In this document: in pieces, positions 28,716-38,636 of the stretch | Layout of the letters: every line of letters starts with the position of its first letter | Numbering within the stretch: the first letter of the stretch is position 1 | Assembly: GCA_965203555.1 (NCBI GenBank) | Contig: CBDBCY010000004.1 | Span: forward strand, 1,856,001-1,920,000 | Length of the DNA: 64,000 bases | Source of the DNA: Acidimicrobiia bacterium | Lineage (GTDB): Bacteria; Actinomycetota; Acidimicrobiia; Spongiisociales; ZC4RG35 | Direction of reading: 5' to 3' | Program-made: the position numbers and the translations under genes | The notes under the pieces: generated by a model | The model's input: the letters and a program-made list of their open reading frames with translations, nothing else | Databases searched by the model: none | Told to the model about the DNA's origin: nothing

Positions 28716-30179
28716 TCAGGCCCCGGAAGCCGCCATCTGATTGAACTCTTCGATCAGCGGATCGATCCTCTCGCCGGCGCCGCGGATTCTCTCCCAGTAG
28801 CCGGCGTCGTACCACTGATCCTCCAACTCGGTGGCGGATTTTCCCTGCTGCTCGACCCACGTGAAGTACTTGAGGCTGTGGATACGCCGCCGCTGCGGGT
28901 AGGTCAGCTCCGCCATGTGATCGGTGGAGGCGCCCAGCAGGTAACGGTGATAAAGCCCCGCCGCGTCCGCCGTGCTCAACTCGCCATGGTCCTCGGCGAG
29001 TTCCACCAGGCGGCTGCGGTACAGATCCATGGAGTCGGTGAGCACGGTGAACACCAGATCCTGTCGGCCCAACTCGTACCACTTGGCCATCTTGACAGCC
29101 GCCAGTAGGTTTGCCGCTCCCGAAATGCCCAGTAGGTCGAGCCTTTCGATGACACTGGCCGAAACCCCCTGGGAGGCCAGGTACTCCTGTCCGGCCGGCT
29201 CGTTGAAAAGCCGGATCAGACCCAGTGGTGCAGCGTCATCGATGGCGACCACCATGTCGGTGTTGCGCACATTGTGGATCCAGGGGATGTGTTTGTCGCC
29301 GATCCCCTCTATCCGATGTTCCCCGAACCCGCCCTGGAGCATGGTGGGACACTGCAGGGCTTCACCGGCCGCGATCCTGCTGCCCGGGAACTGCTCCTTT
29401 ACAAAGTCGCCGGAAGCCAGTGTCCCCGATGAGCCGGTGGTCAGGGCAACTCCGGCCAGCCGGTCTCCGTCATCCATGAGTTCTGATGCGAGGTCGGCGA
29501 AGGCGGGACCGGTCACCGAATAGTGCCACAGGTAGTTACCGAACTCGTCGAATTGGTTGAAGATCATTATGTCCCTACCGGACCGGCGCAACTCCCAGCA
29601 CTTGTCAAAGATCTCCTTGACATTGCTCTCCGAGCCGGGCGTGGCGATCACTTCGTCAGCCACCTTGTCCAGCCATTGGAACCGCTCCCGGCTCATTCCC
29701 TCCGGGAGGATGGCGATGGAGCGACAGGACAGTATCCGCGAGTCGTACGCCCCTCCCCGACAGTAGTTGCCCGTGGATGGCCAAGCCGCCAACTGGCGGG
29801 TGGGATCGAACTGACCGGTGACCAGCCGGGGCGCCAGGCAACCGAAAGCAGCCCCCACCTTGTGAGCGCCGGTCGGGAACCATTTTCCCACCAGCGCCAC
29901 CACCCGGGCGTCGCAGCCCGTCAACTCCGGGGGGAACTCCATGTAGTTCAGCCCTCCGAAGCCGCCGCCCTGCTCCACGGGCTCGTTCCGCCAGGTGACC
30001 CTGAACAGATTGGCCGGGTGCATATCCCACAACCCGACTCCGGCGAGTTGCTCCTTTATCGGATCGGGCGCCAGCTGGGGGGAGCGCATCTGGGCGAAGG
30101 TGGGAACAACCAATCCCAACTCGCCTGCTCTGCGCGCCACCCGCTCGCGTACCTCGGGGACGACGGTCAGATCAATCAT
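28716..30179 (-). CDS. PLP-dependent fold-type II enzyme (cysteine synthase-like, function unknown)
   Basis: PTGAHKVG PLP lysine, STGNY, NQFDE, TGSSGT and HRIEGIG. Confidence 0.85.
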   Translation of the reverse strand: MIDLTVVPEVRERVARRAGELGLVVPTFAQMRSPQLAPDPIKEQLAGVGLWDMHPANLFRVTWRNEPVEQGGGFGGLNYMEFPPELTGCDARVVALVGKWFPTGAHKVGAAFGCLAPRLVTGQFDPTRQLAAWPSTGNYCRGGAYDSRILSCRSIAILPEGMSRERFQWLDKVADEVIATPGSESNVKEIFDKCWELRRSGRDIMIFNQFDEFGNYLWHYSVTGPAFADLASELMDDGDRLAGVALTTGSSGTLASGDFVKEQFPGSRIAAGEALQCPTMLQGGFGEHRIEGIGDKHIPWIHNVRNTDMVVAIDDAAPLGLIRLFNEPAGQEYLASQGVSASVIERLDLLGISGAANLLAAVKMAKWYELGRQDLVFTVLTDSMDLYRSRLVELAEDHGELSTADAAGLYHRYLLGASTDHMAELTYPQRRRIHSLKYFTWVEQQGKSATELEDQWYDAGYWERIRGAGERIDPLIEEFNQMAASGA

Positions 30180-30404
30180 GAGGGCTCTTTACCTTTTGTT
30201 AAAACGCTTGTGGAAAGCATAGCTCGCGGGAAATATAGGAGGACCAGGGGATTGGATTTCCTCTCGTCGGCGGACCGCGAGAACGAGAATCTCCGTAACT
30301 GCCCGTCCGTCAGACCGCCGGCTACCGGCTGGCCCCGTGCCGTGGGATGAAACCAGTTTCACGGTGGACCGGTTTCCCACCCGCAGGCTATGCTGAGAGT
30401 CCGT

Positions 30405-30758
30405 ATGGTGTTGGAACGACGCACACGATCCTCTGTGTCCCCCGAGTTGGAACAGAAGCTGCTCGGCGAGATCGAGGAGAGGGACAACCGTATCTATCAC
30501 CCTGACTGGGACTTCTATGAGGAGATGGTGGCGAAAGCCCCGCCGAGCGGGCGGGTGGGTGTGCCCCACCGGGTGACGGGCGAGATGGTCGGGATCAATC
30601 TGCTGACGGACACCCTGGACGACATCGTGGCCAGATGCGGTTTCCCCGAACACGAGCGGGACGAGACGTTGCGTTTCTACCGCTCGTATTTGCTGGATCG
30701 CCTCCGCTACCGGGACAAAACCGAGGTTCCTGCTCGTATTGCCCTTCTGGAGGAATAA
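30405..30758 (+). CDS. hypothetical protein
   Basis: Natural-looking 117-aa ORF in an otherwise empty gap, opposite to the operon strand. Confidence 0.55.
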   Translation: MVLERRTRSSVSPELEQKLLGEIEERDNRIYHPDWDFYEEMVAKAPPSGRVGVPHRVTGEMVGINLLTDTLDDIVARCGFPEHERDETLRFYRSYLLDRLRYRDKTEVPARIALLEE

Positions 30759-30879
30759 CCTTCTGCGACGGTTGTTCCCTTCTTGGCCGAGTTCCTGTTG
30801 AGACTGTGCCCTGCTACTACGATCCACAGCCGTTATTGAACTGTGAGACACCGGACGGTCCAGTGTTTTGGCCACACCC

Positions 30880-31181
30880 TGACGATGCTCGGGTGGACTT
30901 CACGGATACGGCATTTAAGCACAACGTCCCGGCGGAGCTGATTCTCGATGTAATGGCCGCGGACCCCGTTCCAATGGCTCTTGAACCGAACGCTCCGCAC
31001 GATGACGACTTTGTCTTCGGAACGCCCTCCACCTTGGCGAACGTAAAAGTCGAATCGTCATCGGAGACTTGAGATAGCGTTGAGACAAGACTTGAGCGAC
31101 AAGTGGAAAGAGATATCCGACACGCTCAACCTGCAGGTGCCTCGTTGTGTGGTGTTCCACGCCATGTACAAGTCGATATAG
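30880..31181 (+). pseudogene. frameshifted small toxin-like gene
   Basis: VDFTDTAFKHNV in one frame, then RRLEIAL...VVFHAMYKSI* in another. This matches the recalled SAxKHG...LEV...VIHAM pattern of small RelE/BrnT-like toxins. Confidence 0.45.
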
Positions 31182-31305
31182 GCCTGTCCACCACCAAGCC
31201 CGGCGGAGGTTGATCCGTAGCGTCTTCGTCTCTGCTCATCATTCGTTCAAGGACCGCGAGCGGCGGTCCGTCCACCCCATTGACTTGGCCGTCCTCCGGC
31301 CCTTA

Positions 31306-32610
31306 TCAAACCGAAAAGCGGCTGGCCAGGCGTTCGGCCAGTGTCTCTATCTCCGGATCGACCCTGAGCGGGGCCTCGCCGCTCTCGGTCACCGCCCGCA
31401 TGGCGGCGTACGACCGCCCGATGGCGGCGTCGACGTCCTTCAGGCCGTTTCCGGTGCTGATCACCACCACCCGCTCCCCCTCCTCCACAAGACCCTGTCG
31501 GCGGGCCACTCTCAGGCCCGCCGTAGCGGCCGCTGCCGCCGGTTCGGCGAACACGCCCATGCGCTGGCCCATGGTGACCATTGCGGAGAGAATTTGCGCA
31601 TCGGTGACCTCCACGAAAGCACCCCCGGTCTCGGTCACCGCCGCCATCGCCTTGAAGCGGTCCCGCGGAAGATCGGCAGAGATGCTGTCGGCCACCGTCT
31701 CCGCCGGAATGGGCGGCTTGGTCATCAGATCCTCTCCGTTCTTCCAAGCCTGGACCATGTATGAGCTACCCGCCGCCTGGGCGCCGATCAGCCTGGGAAC
31801 CCGGTCTGTCCATCCCAGTCGTTGAAGGTCCGCGAAGCCCTTGTGGACCCCGCCGATGATGCAGCCGTCACCCACGCTCACCACCACCACATCGGGAACC
31901 TCAAACCCCAATTGCTCCCATATCTCGTAGGAGACGGTCTTCTTTCCCTCCGTCATGTAGGGGTTGAACCCCGTGTTGCGGTTGTACCAGCCGTACTGGT
32001 CGGAGGCCCACAGGCACAGGTCGAAGGCCTGGTGGTAGGACCCGTTCACCAGCGCCACCGTGGCGCCGAACGAAAGGAGTTGGGCAACCTTCGGCTGAGG
32101 GGCGGTGGCAGGCACGAAAATCACGCTGGGGATCTCGGCCGCCGCGCAGAGGGCCGCCAAGGCCGCCCCGGCGTTGCCGGTGCTGGCGGCGGTGATGATC
32201 CCCGCTCCTTTTTCCCTCGCCTTGAGAACCGCCATAGCAGAGGCCCGGTCCTTGAGGGAGGCGGTGGGCTGCCGCCCCTCGTCCTTCACCCACAACTGCA
32301 CTTTCAAGCCTTCCCCCAGCACCTTGGCGGGTAGCAAGGGGGTGCCGCCCACCTGGAGTGGAGGGGGGTCCGCTTGGGGATGAACCGGTAATAGGCGCCG
32401 GTAACGCCAGATCGAGGAGTCGGGATCACCGGCGATCTCTTCGGGACTGACCAGCCCAGCAAGATACTCATAGTCGTAGACCACCGACAGGGTTGCCGCT
32501 CCTCCATGGTCAGGACATACGTAATCCACCTCTTCGGCGGGATAAAGCTTTCCACACAACAAGCAGGACAGCCCCAACACCGAACGAATCCGCCTCGCTG
32601 CTCCTACCAC
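31306..32610 (-). CDS. threonine synthase-like PLP enzyme
   Basis: CxxC...CPDH N-terminus, PTASLKDR, ASTGNAG, EGKKT, VGDG, EPAAA and TGNGLKD. Confidence 0.9.
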   Translation of the reverse strand: MVGAARRIRSVLGLSCLLCGKLYPAEEVDYVCPDHGGAATLSVVYDYEYLAGLVSPEEIAGDPDSSIWRYRRLLPVHPQADPPPLQVGGTPLLPAKVLGEGLKVQLWVKDEGRQPTASLKDRASAMAVLKAREKGAGIITAASTGNAGAALAALCAAAEIPSVIFVPATAPQPKVAQLLSFGATVALVNGSYHQAFDLCLWASDQYGWYNRNTGFNPYMTEGKKTVSYEIWEQLGFEVPDVVVVSVGDGCIIGGVHKGFADLQRLGWTDRVPRLIGAQAAGSSYMVQAWKNGEDLMTKPPIPAETVADSISADLPRDRFKAMAAVTETGGAFVEVTDAQILSAMVTMGQRMGVFAEPAAAAATAGLRVARRQGLVEEGERVVVISTGNGLKDVDAAIGRSYAAMRAVTESGEAPLRVDPEIETLAERLASRFSV

Positions 32611-32795
32611 AGATCCAACAACTCCGTCAGGCCCAATGCTCGGTCGCGTCCTGATGGGATGCAGAACAACCCTTAATCATGTTGCTCCCGTTCTCGCGGA
32701 GAAATCCCTGTCATGCCGGGGGTCTCATCCGATGTTATATGAGGGTGGAAACCTGGGAAACCACGCTTCGGGAAGGTCTGTAGACTGCGGTTCGG

Positions 32796-32872
32796 CGGGA
32801 CGTGGCGCAGTTTGGCAGCGCGCAGCGTTCGGGACGCTGAGGTCGCCGGTTCAAATCCGGCCGTCCCGACCA
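32796..32872 (+). tRNA. tRNA-Pro(CGG)
   Basis: Acceptor stem CGGGACG/CGTCCCG, anticodon arm CAGCG-TTCGGGA-CGCTG, T loop GTTCAAATC, encoded CCA. Confidence 0.97.
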
Positions 32873-32892
32873 ATCGGCTTGGACATGGGCTT

Positions 32893-34203
32893 TTACGGCA
32901 GTGGGGCCTCTCCATCGGTTTGAGCGTCCGTCCATACCGTCAACCGGGAAATCCGCAGGCGATCCATGGCGATCACCCGGAAATGGACCCCATTGACCGC
33001 CTCAGTCTCATCAGGCCGAGGTATCTTGCCGGCCAGGTAGAGGTAGAGCCCGGCAACCGTGTCGTAGGGACCGGTAGGAAGAGACCGCGGCACCAATTCG
33101 GCCAGTTCCTCCATCGGCAGCCTTCCCTCCACCACCCAGCGACCGGAACCTGTCGGGAAAGCCATCGGCCCGGCGGGGTCGTGCTCGTCCTGAATGCCTC
33201 CCACCAACTCGGACACCAGGTCCTTGGCGGTCACCACCCCTTCCACCCCGCCGTGCTCGTCAATCACCACCGCCAGGCTGATCCGGTTCCTTCGCATCAT
33301 CATCAGCGTCGACAGGATCGGGTAGCTCTCCGGCACTACCAGCGGGTCGCGAATGAGCTTTCCGGGGGCCACCGTCTCCGAGGCGGCCGGGTCCTCGTGA
33401 CGAAGCCAATCCTTCACATACAGAACCCCGACCAGGTCATCAAGGTTCCCACCTGATCGCACCACCGGATATCGCGAGTGACTGGTTTGGGCAACCGCCT
33501 TGCGGACCTGCTCGAAGTCGACCGGAGCCTCCAGGGAAATGACCTCCAGGCGGGGCGTCATCAACTCCCGCACCGGCCGGTCGGCCAACTCGAACAGCCT
33601 CTCGATGATCTCCTGCTCCGCCACATCGATCTCGCCCGCCTCCACGCTCAGTTCGGCCAGGGCTACTATGTCCTCCTCGGTGGCAGGGCTGTGTTGCTCT
33701 GAGCGGACTCCCGCCAATGCCAGCAATATCCTGCTCACCGCCGAGAAGACTCTGGCGATGGGATCGAGCCCCCGGGAGATCACCCACAGGATGGGCGCCA
33801 CGCTCCAGGCGTACTTCTCCGGGTGGCGGGCGGCGATGGTTTTGGGAGTGATCTCGCCCACCACCAGGATGACCGAGGTCAGCACTGCGGTGGCCAGCCA
33901 GGGTCCCCACCGATCTGCGGCGTCGGTGTCGCTTACAGCGGTTATCAGATCCACCGCCAGGATGGTGGCCAACGAGGCTGCCAGGATGTTCACGAAATTG
34001 TTGGCCACCAGCAACATGGCGAGAGTCCTTTCCAATCGCTGCACCAGCAGCACGAACTTTTCCCCCCTCCTGCCTTCCCGCGCCAACTGGGGGCCCCTCT
34101 CGCGGGGCAGAGCCAAAAGCGCAGTCTCAGAACCGGAAAAGAATCCCGAGGCAACGATGCACAGGCAAATCCCCACCATCGCTGCGATCTGGAAGGAGGT
34201 CAC
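32893..34203 (-). CDS. hemolysin-family CNNM/CBS/CorC protein
   Basis: FFSGSETAL, GEITPKT, MTPR, HSRYPV and DEHGGVEGVVT. Confidence 0.93.
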   Translation of the reverse strand: MTSFQIAAMVGICLCIVASGFFSGSETALLALPRERGPQLAREGRRGEKFVLLVQRLERTLAMLLVANNFVNILAASLATILAVDLITAVSDTDAADRWGPWLATAVLTSVILVVGEITPKTIAARHPEKYAWSVAPILWVISRGLDPIARVFSAVSRILLALAGVRSEQHSPATEEDIVALAELSVEAGEIDVAEQEIIERLFELADRPVRELMTPRLEVISLEAPVDFEQVRKAVAQTSHSRYPVVRSGGNLDDLVGVLYVKDWLRHEDPAASETVAPGKLIRDPLVVPESYPILSTLMMMRRNRISLAVVIDEHGGVEGVVTAKDLVSELVGGIQDEHDPAGPMAFPTGSGRWVVEGRLPMEELAELVPRSLPTGPYDTVAGLYLYLAGKIPRPDETEAVNGVHFRVIAMDRLRISRLTVWTDAQTDGEAPLP

Positions 34204-34604
34204 GACTGTGGTTCGGACCCCACCTGGGAAAGAACAGGCGCACTCACCTCGTCCAGGACCGTTCGAAGCTGGAAAGCGGTGAAGGGCTTCAGCACCCATC
34301 CGGCAGCGCCCGCCCGGCGAGCCAGGAAGGCGTCGGCTGGGCGGTCCAACAGGAGTATGACCGGCAAGGGTGGGGAGGACAGTTCGGCTCTGGCCTCCCG
34401 GATCGCCCTGCAAATGGCCATACCGCCCATGCTTCCCACCTGCATGTCCACCACGGCCACCGACTCCGGCTCACCGGTGCCTATCCGCTCGATCCCCTGG
34501 TGAGGATCATCGATTACGGTTATCTCATAACGGGTATCATCGGTGGCCGACAACACGTCGTTGCGAACCCAGGGAGCCTCGGCAACGAGAAATATGCTGG
34601 TCAC
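34200..34604 (-). CDS. stand-alone response regulator receiver
   Basis: VVDMQVG phosphoacceptor, PVILL and GA..WVLKPF. Confidence 0.85.
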   Translation of the reverse strand: MTSIFLVAEAPWVRNDVLSATDDTRYEITVIDDPHQGIERIGTGEPESVAVVDMQVGSMGGMAICRAIREARAELSSPPLPVILLLDRPADAFLARRAGAAGWVLKPFTAFQLRTVLDEVSAPVLSQVGSEPQS

Positions 34605-34676
34605 TTCAAACAACAAGGGTACCGGTTTCAAGCTGCCACCGTTTCCGCCAAATCGGTCGGATTGAGGATCCTGAAC

Positions 34677-36002
34677 GTGAACAACGGCGCCCGGGCGCAG
34701 AGCATCCGGCTTCTGCTCGGAATAACGGCGGCCATCTGGGCCTTTCTCATCCCCCTCAACCCGGCGATGGCCAAGGCCCCGCCCAACACCATCGAATTGG
34801 TGGCCGTGGAAGGCGCGGTCCACGATGCCACGGTCCGGTTCGTGCTCGACGCCATTGAGGATGCCGCCCGAACCTGGCGGCCAGGATACGTAGGTCTGGA
34901 AAGAGTGGAACTTGTGATTCTGATGGTCGACTCTCCGGGGGTGGTGGCAGATCCCGAACTCTTCGCCGAACTGGTGGAGGTGGTCCGCAGTCCCCCCCTA
35001 CCGCTGGGGGTATGGGTCGGACCGGCGCCGGCGGTGGCCTACGGAGGCATGGCGCAAATGGTTTCTCTGGCGCCAATCAGAGCCGCCGCCCCGGGAGCGG
35101 AACTCGGTCACTGGCGCCCCACTGTGGTAGGTGAAAAGGATGGATCGCTTGCCCTCGAGGGGGCGTACTCCACCGAATCCGGGGTGGTGGAGGTGAACGG
35201 TCCGGTTTCCGGGCTGATCGATCTCGCATCGCCGGATACGGCATCTCCTCGACAACTCCTCCAACTCCTGGACGGGACCGCCTTCGAACTGGAAGGAAGG
35301 ACAATCACCCTGGCCACCACCCGACCCTATATCTCCGACCAGGGAACGGAGGGCGTTACGGTCCTTGAGACCGTGCTTCGCCGCCCGGGACTGTGGACGC
35401 AGCTGGTTGGATTGTCCACCCGCCCCGAGGTTGCTTTCTTTTTCCTCATGGCCGGCCTGACCATCGCGGTATTCGAGTTTTACGCGGTGGGTCCCGCGGT
35501 AGCGGCGGCGGTGGCTGCCATCTCACTGGGTCTGGGGGCCTACGGTCCCGCCGCCCTCCCAATGCGATGGTGGGCACTGGCGTTGATGCTGGCCGGGGTG
35601 GGCCTGCTTGCCTCCTCATATCAACGTGGTGGAGTGCTGTTCCTTTCATCCACCGGCATGGCCGCCGTCGCCGTCTCCGGCCTCTATCTCTTCGACGGCG
35701 GTCCCCAGATCACCTTGGGCTGGGCAGGGTGGGCACTGACCGTGGCAGCGGTGGCTTTTTTCTTCCTGATGGCCATGCCCACAGTGGCGAGGGTGCGGTT
35801 CAGTTCACCCTCCCTGGGAAGAGAGGAACTGGTGGGAGAGGTGGGGCAAGCCGTCACGGAACTCGATCCCGACGGGGTGGTGGAAGTCGCCGGGGGAAGG
35901 TGGAAGGCCACTTCTCACCGGGCCGCCACCTTACGGGCGGGAGACCCCGTCAGGGTTGCCGCGGTGGATGGGGACACATTGGAAGTGGCCCCCTTCGACT
36001 GA
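34677..36002 (+). CDS. NfeD-family membrane protein (ClpP-like + TM + OB fold)
   Basis: MVDSPG, VWVGP, a TM block, then LVGEVG...LDPDGVVEV...WKA. Start is approximate. Confidence 0.85.
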   Translation: MNNGARAQSIRLLLGITAAIWAFLIPLNPAMAKAPPNTIELVAVEGAVHDATVRFVLDAIEDAARTWRPGYVGLERVELVILMVDSPGVVADPELFAELVEVVRSPPLPLGVWVGPAPAVAYGGMAQMVSLAPIRAAAPGAELGHWRPTVVGEKDGSLALEGAYSTESGVVEVNGPVSGLIDLASPDTASPRQLLQLLDGTAFELEGRTITLATTRPYISDQGTEGVTVLETVLRRPGLWTQLVGLSTRPEVAFFFLMAGLTIAVFEFYAVGPAVAAAVAAISLGLGAYGPAALPMRWWALALMLAGVGLLASSYQRGGVLFLSSTGMAAVAVSGLYLFDGGPQITLGWAGWALTVAAVAFFFLMAMPTVARVRFSSPSLGREELVGEVGQAVTELDPDGVVEVAGGRWKATSHRAATLRAGDPVRVAAVDGDTLEVAPFD

Positions 36003-36020
36003 GAATCCGAGAAGTTTTTC

Positions 36021-36049
36021 TTGACAACCCCGCTCGAGCGCTCTAGCTT
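36021..36049 (+). promoter_or_regulatory. sigma-A type promoter of the whiB-family gene
   Basis: TTGACA-17 nt-TAGCTT. Confidence 0.65.
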
Positions 36050-36082
36050 TTACTGCAACTCTGAAGCGGACGGAGGTGGCCC

Positions 36083-36343
36083 ATGGTCGGCATGAATACA
36101 AATTGGCAACGTCAGGCTCTTTGCAAGGGGGTCAGATCAAGCCTTTTCTTTCCACCAAGCACCTCCGAGAAAAAAGACGAAAAGGAGCGGCGCGAAAGCC
36201 GGGCAAAAGCGATCTGCGGCCGATGTCGGGTAATTGCGCCCTGCCAGGAATATGCACTGACCCTCAGGGAGCCCTACGGCATCTGGGGCGGAATGAACGA
36301 GTCCGAACGCAACCTCAGGCTGGCGCGGGCCGCCGCCAGTTGA
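36083..36343 (+). CDS. WhiB-family Fe-S transcription regulator
   Basis: W...ALC, LFFP, AKAICxxC...C and GIWGG. Confidence 0.95.
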   Translation: MVGMNTNWQRQALCKGVRSSLFFPPSTSEKKDEKERRESRAKAICGRCRVIAPCQEYALTLREPYGIWGGMNESERNLRLARAAAS

Positions 36344-36783
36344 GTGACCGCAAGCCGGCAACTCCAAGGAGGAACCGGGAAGATTGGAGGGCGAGAGTCG
36401 CGGATGCCCGCCGCCAGGCCGAGACTCGTCGGCAGAGCCAAACGCGACTACAGGCCGCCAGGAGCGCAGTCTCGGAGCGTCCGCGGTGGCGTGAACAGAC
36501 CAAGACCGGTGTGTCCGTGTTCCAAGATTCACTGGCGGCCCGGAGAAAACGGGGAGGGAGTTCTCAACTCTGGGAGTTCTCGGAGATGGTCGTGGATGTA
36601 TCTCTGGAAGCATTTTTCAGCCTCATCCTCAGCATGGTAGAAGACGGGTGAACTGCTAAGTCCACTCCAAACTGCGACATGTGACCAAGAGCTGATCACC
36701 GAGAGTTGATTTGATCTCCGCGAAATCCTCACGAACACGCAGTACCATCAGCCATCCGGAAACCCGATCCCCAAGGAGATCTT

Positions 36784-37191
36784 ATGCTTACTTTCAGCAA
36801 TCTGAACTGGTTAGCGATACTGGTGGCCGCCGTAGCCTTTTTCGCGGTGGGGGCGGTCTGGTACCAACGCAAGGTAATGGGCGCCCGGTGGATGAAGGCG
36901 GCCAAGGTAGAGCCCGCGGCCGCGGGGCCGAGTCCCTGGATCTTCGTCGGGACGTTGGTTTCCTACTTCCTCATGGCCATGGTCCTGGCGATGATTGCCC
37001 AGGGAGTCGGTGCGTCCTCCTTCGCTGACGGGTTGGTGTTGGGTATTTGCACCGGCGTGGTGTTCGTGGGCGCCCAGGCGTGGGTCAACGCCAGTTACGA
37101 GGGCCGTTCCATGAGCCTGGTGGTGGTGAACGGGGGAGTCGGCGTAATCGGGCATGTGGTCATGGCAGTCATTGTCACGGTCTGGACTTAG
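36784..37191 (+). CDS. DUF1761-like four-TM membrane protein
   Basis: LNWLAILVAAVAFFAVGAVWY...GARWM; SD aaggag. Confidence 0.8.
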   Translation: MLTFSNLNWLAILVAAVAFFAVGAVWYQRKVMGARWMKAAKVEPAAAGPSPWIFVGTLVSYFLMAMVLAMIAQGVGASSFADGLVLGICTGVVFVGAQAWVNASYEGRSMSLVVVNGGVGVIGHVVMAVIVTVWT

Positions 37192-37388
37192 AGGGTGCGC
37201 GGGTAGGTTAGTGGGTGGGGGTGCTCGCCGCCCGCCGAGCGTCATATGTGCCTTCACATGCCTAAGCCAAGTCTCATGCCGGTATCATAGGTAAATGCAA
37301 AAGTCAGTTTCGCAGGTTTCACACCGGCTGGTTGGGCCCAGAACCTACACCATCGTCACCCTGCCCCACCCCTCACCCTGACAGCACT

Positions 37389-38636
37389 ATGGCTCAATTA
37401 CGGTTGCGTCCGCTCGGTGTTGGCGAGATCGTAGGCGCCACTGTCACTGTCTGCCTGCGCCGTTTCGGTCCGATGTTTGCCATCGCGTTGGTGCTCGCGG
37501 GCATTCCGTTCCTTGTCAGCCTGGTTGGGGGCTGCAGTCTTGACGCGGACGATTCGACCACATGTTCGTCTCCCATCGGCTGGCTCGGGTACTTCGCAGG
37601 CGGGATCGGTGCGACCGTGGCTGCCACGGCTTGCTCCCTGGTGGCGGCCGGAGCCTATGCGGATGTCCCGTCGAACTGGTGGAGAGCCACGAGGACCGGA
37701 GTACGCAGAACTATCGCGATCGTCTTGGCGGCGATCGTGGTTGGTGTGCCGATGGGCATCGGCATCGTGTTTGTCATCCCGGGGTTCTTATTGGACAGTT
37801 CGTGGCTGACCGTCATCGGGTTCGCGGTCTTTGTTGTCCTCGCCGTTTTCGTAGCTGTGTCGTTCGCGGTGGCCTGGGAGGCACTTATCATCGAAGGCAT
37901 CCGTCCGATGGAGGGCATCAAACGGTCGTGGCGTCTGGTGGCGGGCGAACGCTGGAGGGTGTTCGGTGCCGGTCTGCTCCTATCGATCATGGGAGCCATC
38001 GTCTTCGGGATTGTCTGGGTGGTTATCCTGTACGTCCTCTCACCCGCCCTGGGAGTGGGCGATGGTGTGGCCGGTTACCTCGGTGAGCAGGTATCCGCCC
38101 TGCTGACAATCCCGCTGGGCGCCTCGGCGCTCACCGTCATCTATCTCGATCTGCGGGTCCGCAAGGAGTCTCTCACCACCGACGAACTCGCCGCCGCTCT
38201 GTCGGAACAGGGCTATCGGTGGGAGAACCGCAGTGACGCATCAGGGCCAGTCGACGCCGCGACCACCGACCCAGGGCGGGGACCGCAAAAGCGGCGGATG
38301 AGAGGGACCACGGCTGTCACGCTGGCTTTCTGTGCCGTCCTCCTGACTATCGTCTGGATATCCAGACCCTCACCACGGACCACCGTGCTTGTCCCGTACG
38401 ACACCGATAACCAGGAAATCATCAACGAGGCGGCCGGGCTAACGGTGTTGTTCTGCATGACAACCGAACAAGGCATCTTCGCGCCTGACGAGCTGATGGA
38501 GTCCATCTTGGCCGAACTACCCGCCACCGCTGCCGAAAAGGGGTGGGATTCGGATGACATCGACCAGGTGATAGCAGGCATGGTCTATCACGCATTAGGA
38601 GACTGTGAAGAGCGCATGCTGCGCGCTCTCCCCTGA
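37389..38636 (+). CDS. multi-pass membrane protein (GDPD membrane-domain-like) with C-terminal extension
   Basis: LRPLGVGEIV start, IKRSWRLV...RWRVFG, and TVIYLDLRVRKE. Confidence 0.75.
   Translation: MAQLRLRPLGVGEIVGATVTVCLRRFGPMFAIALVLAGIPFLVSLVGGCSLDADDSTTCSSPIGWLGYFAGGIGATVAATACSLVAAGAYADVPSNWWRATRTGVRRTIAIVLAAIVVGVPMGIGIVFVIPGFLLDSSWLTVIGFAVFVVLAVFVAVSFAVAWEALIIEGIRPMEGIKRSWRLVAGERWRVFGAGLLLSIMGAIVFGIVWVVILYVLSPALGVGDGVAGYLGEQVSALLTIPLGASALTVIYLDLRVRKESLTTDELAAALSEQGYRWENRSDASGPVDAATTDPGRGPQKRRMRGTTAVTLAFCAVLLTIVWISRPSPRTTVLVPYDTDNQEIINEAAGLTVLFCMTTEQGIFAPDELMESILAELPATAAEKGWDSDDIDQVIAGMVYHALGDCEERMLRALP

Noticed and set aside
23853-30179. Selenocysteine read-through in the Mo-hydroxylase cluster
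   Set aside because: The ORFs are full length with no in-frame TGA at a conserved Cys position.
32796-32900. tRNA-Pro as an island integration site
   Set aside because: No integrase nearby, no duplicated tRNA 3' end found, and the flanking genes look like core genes.
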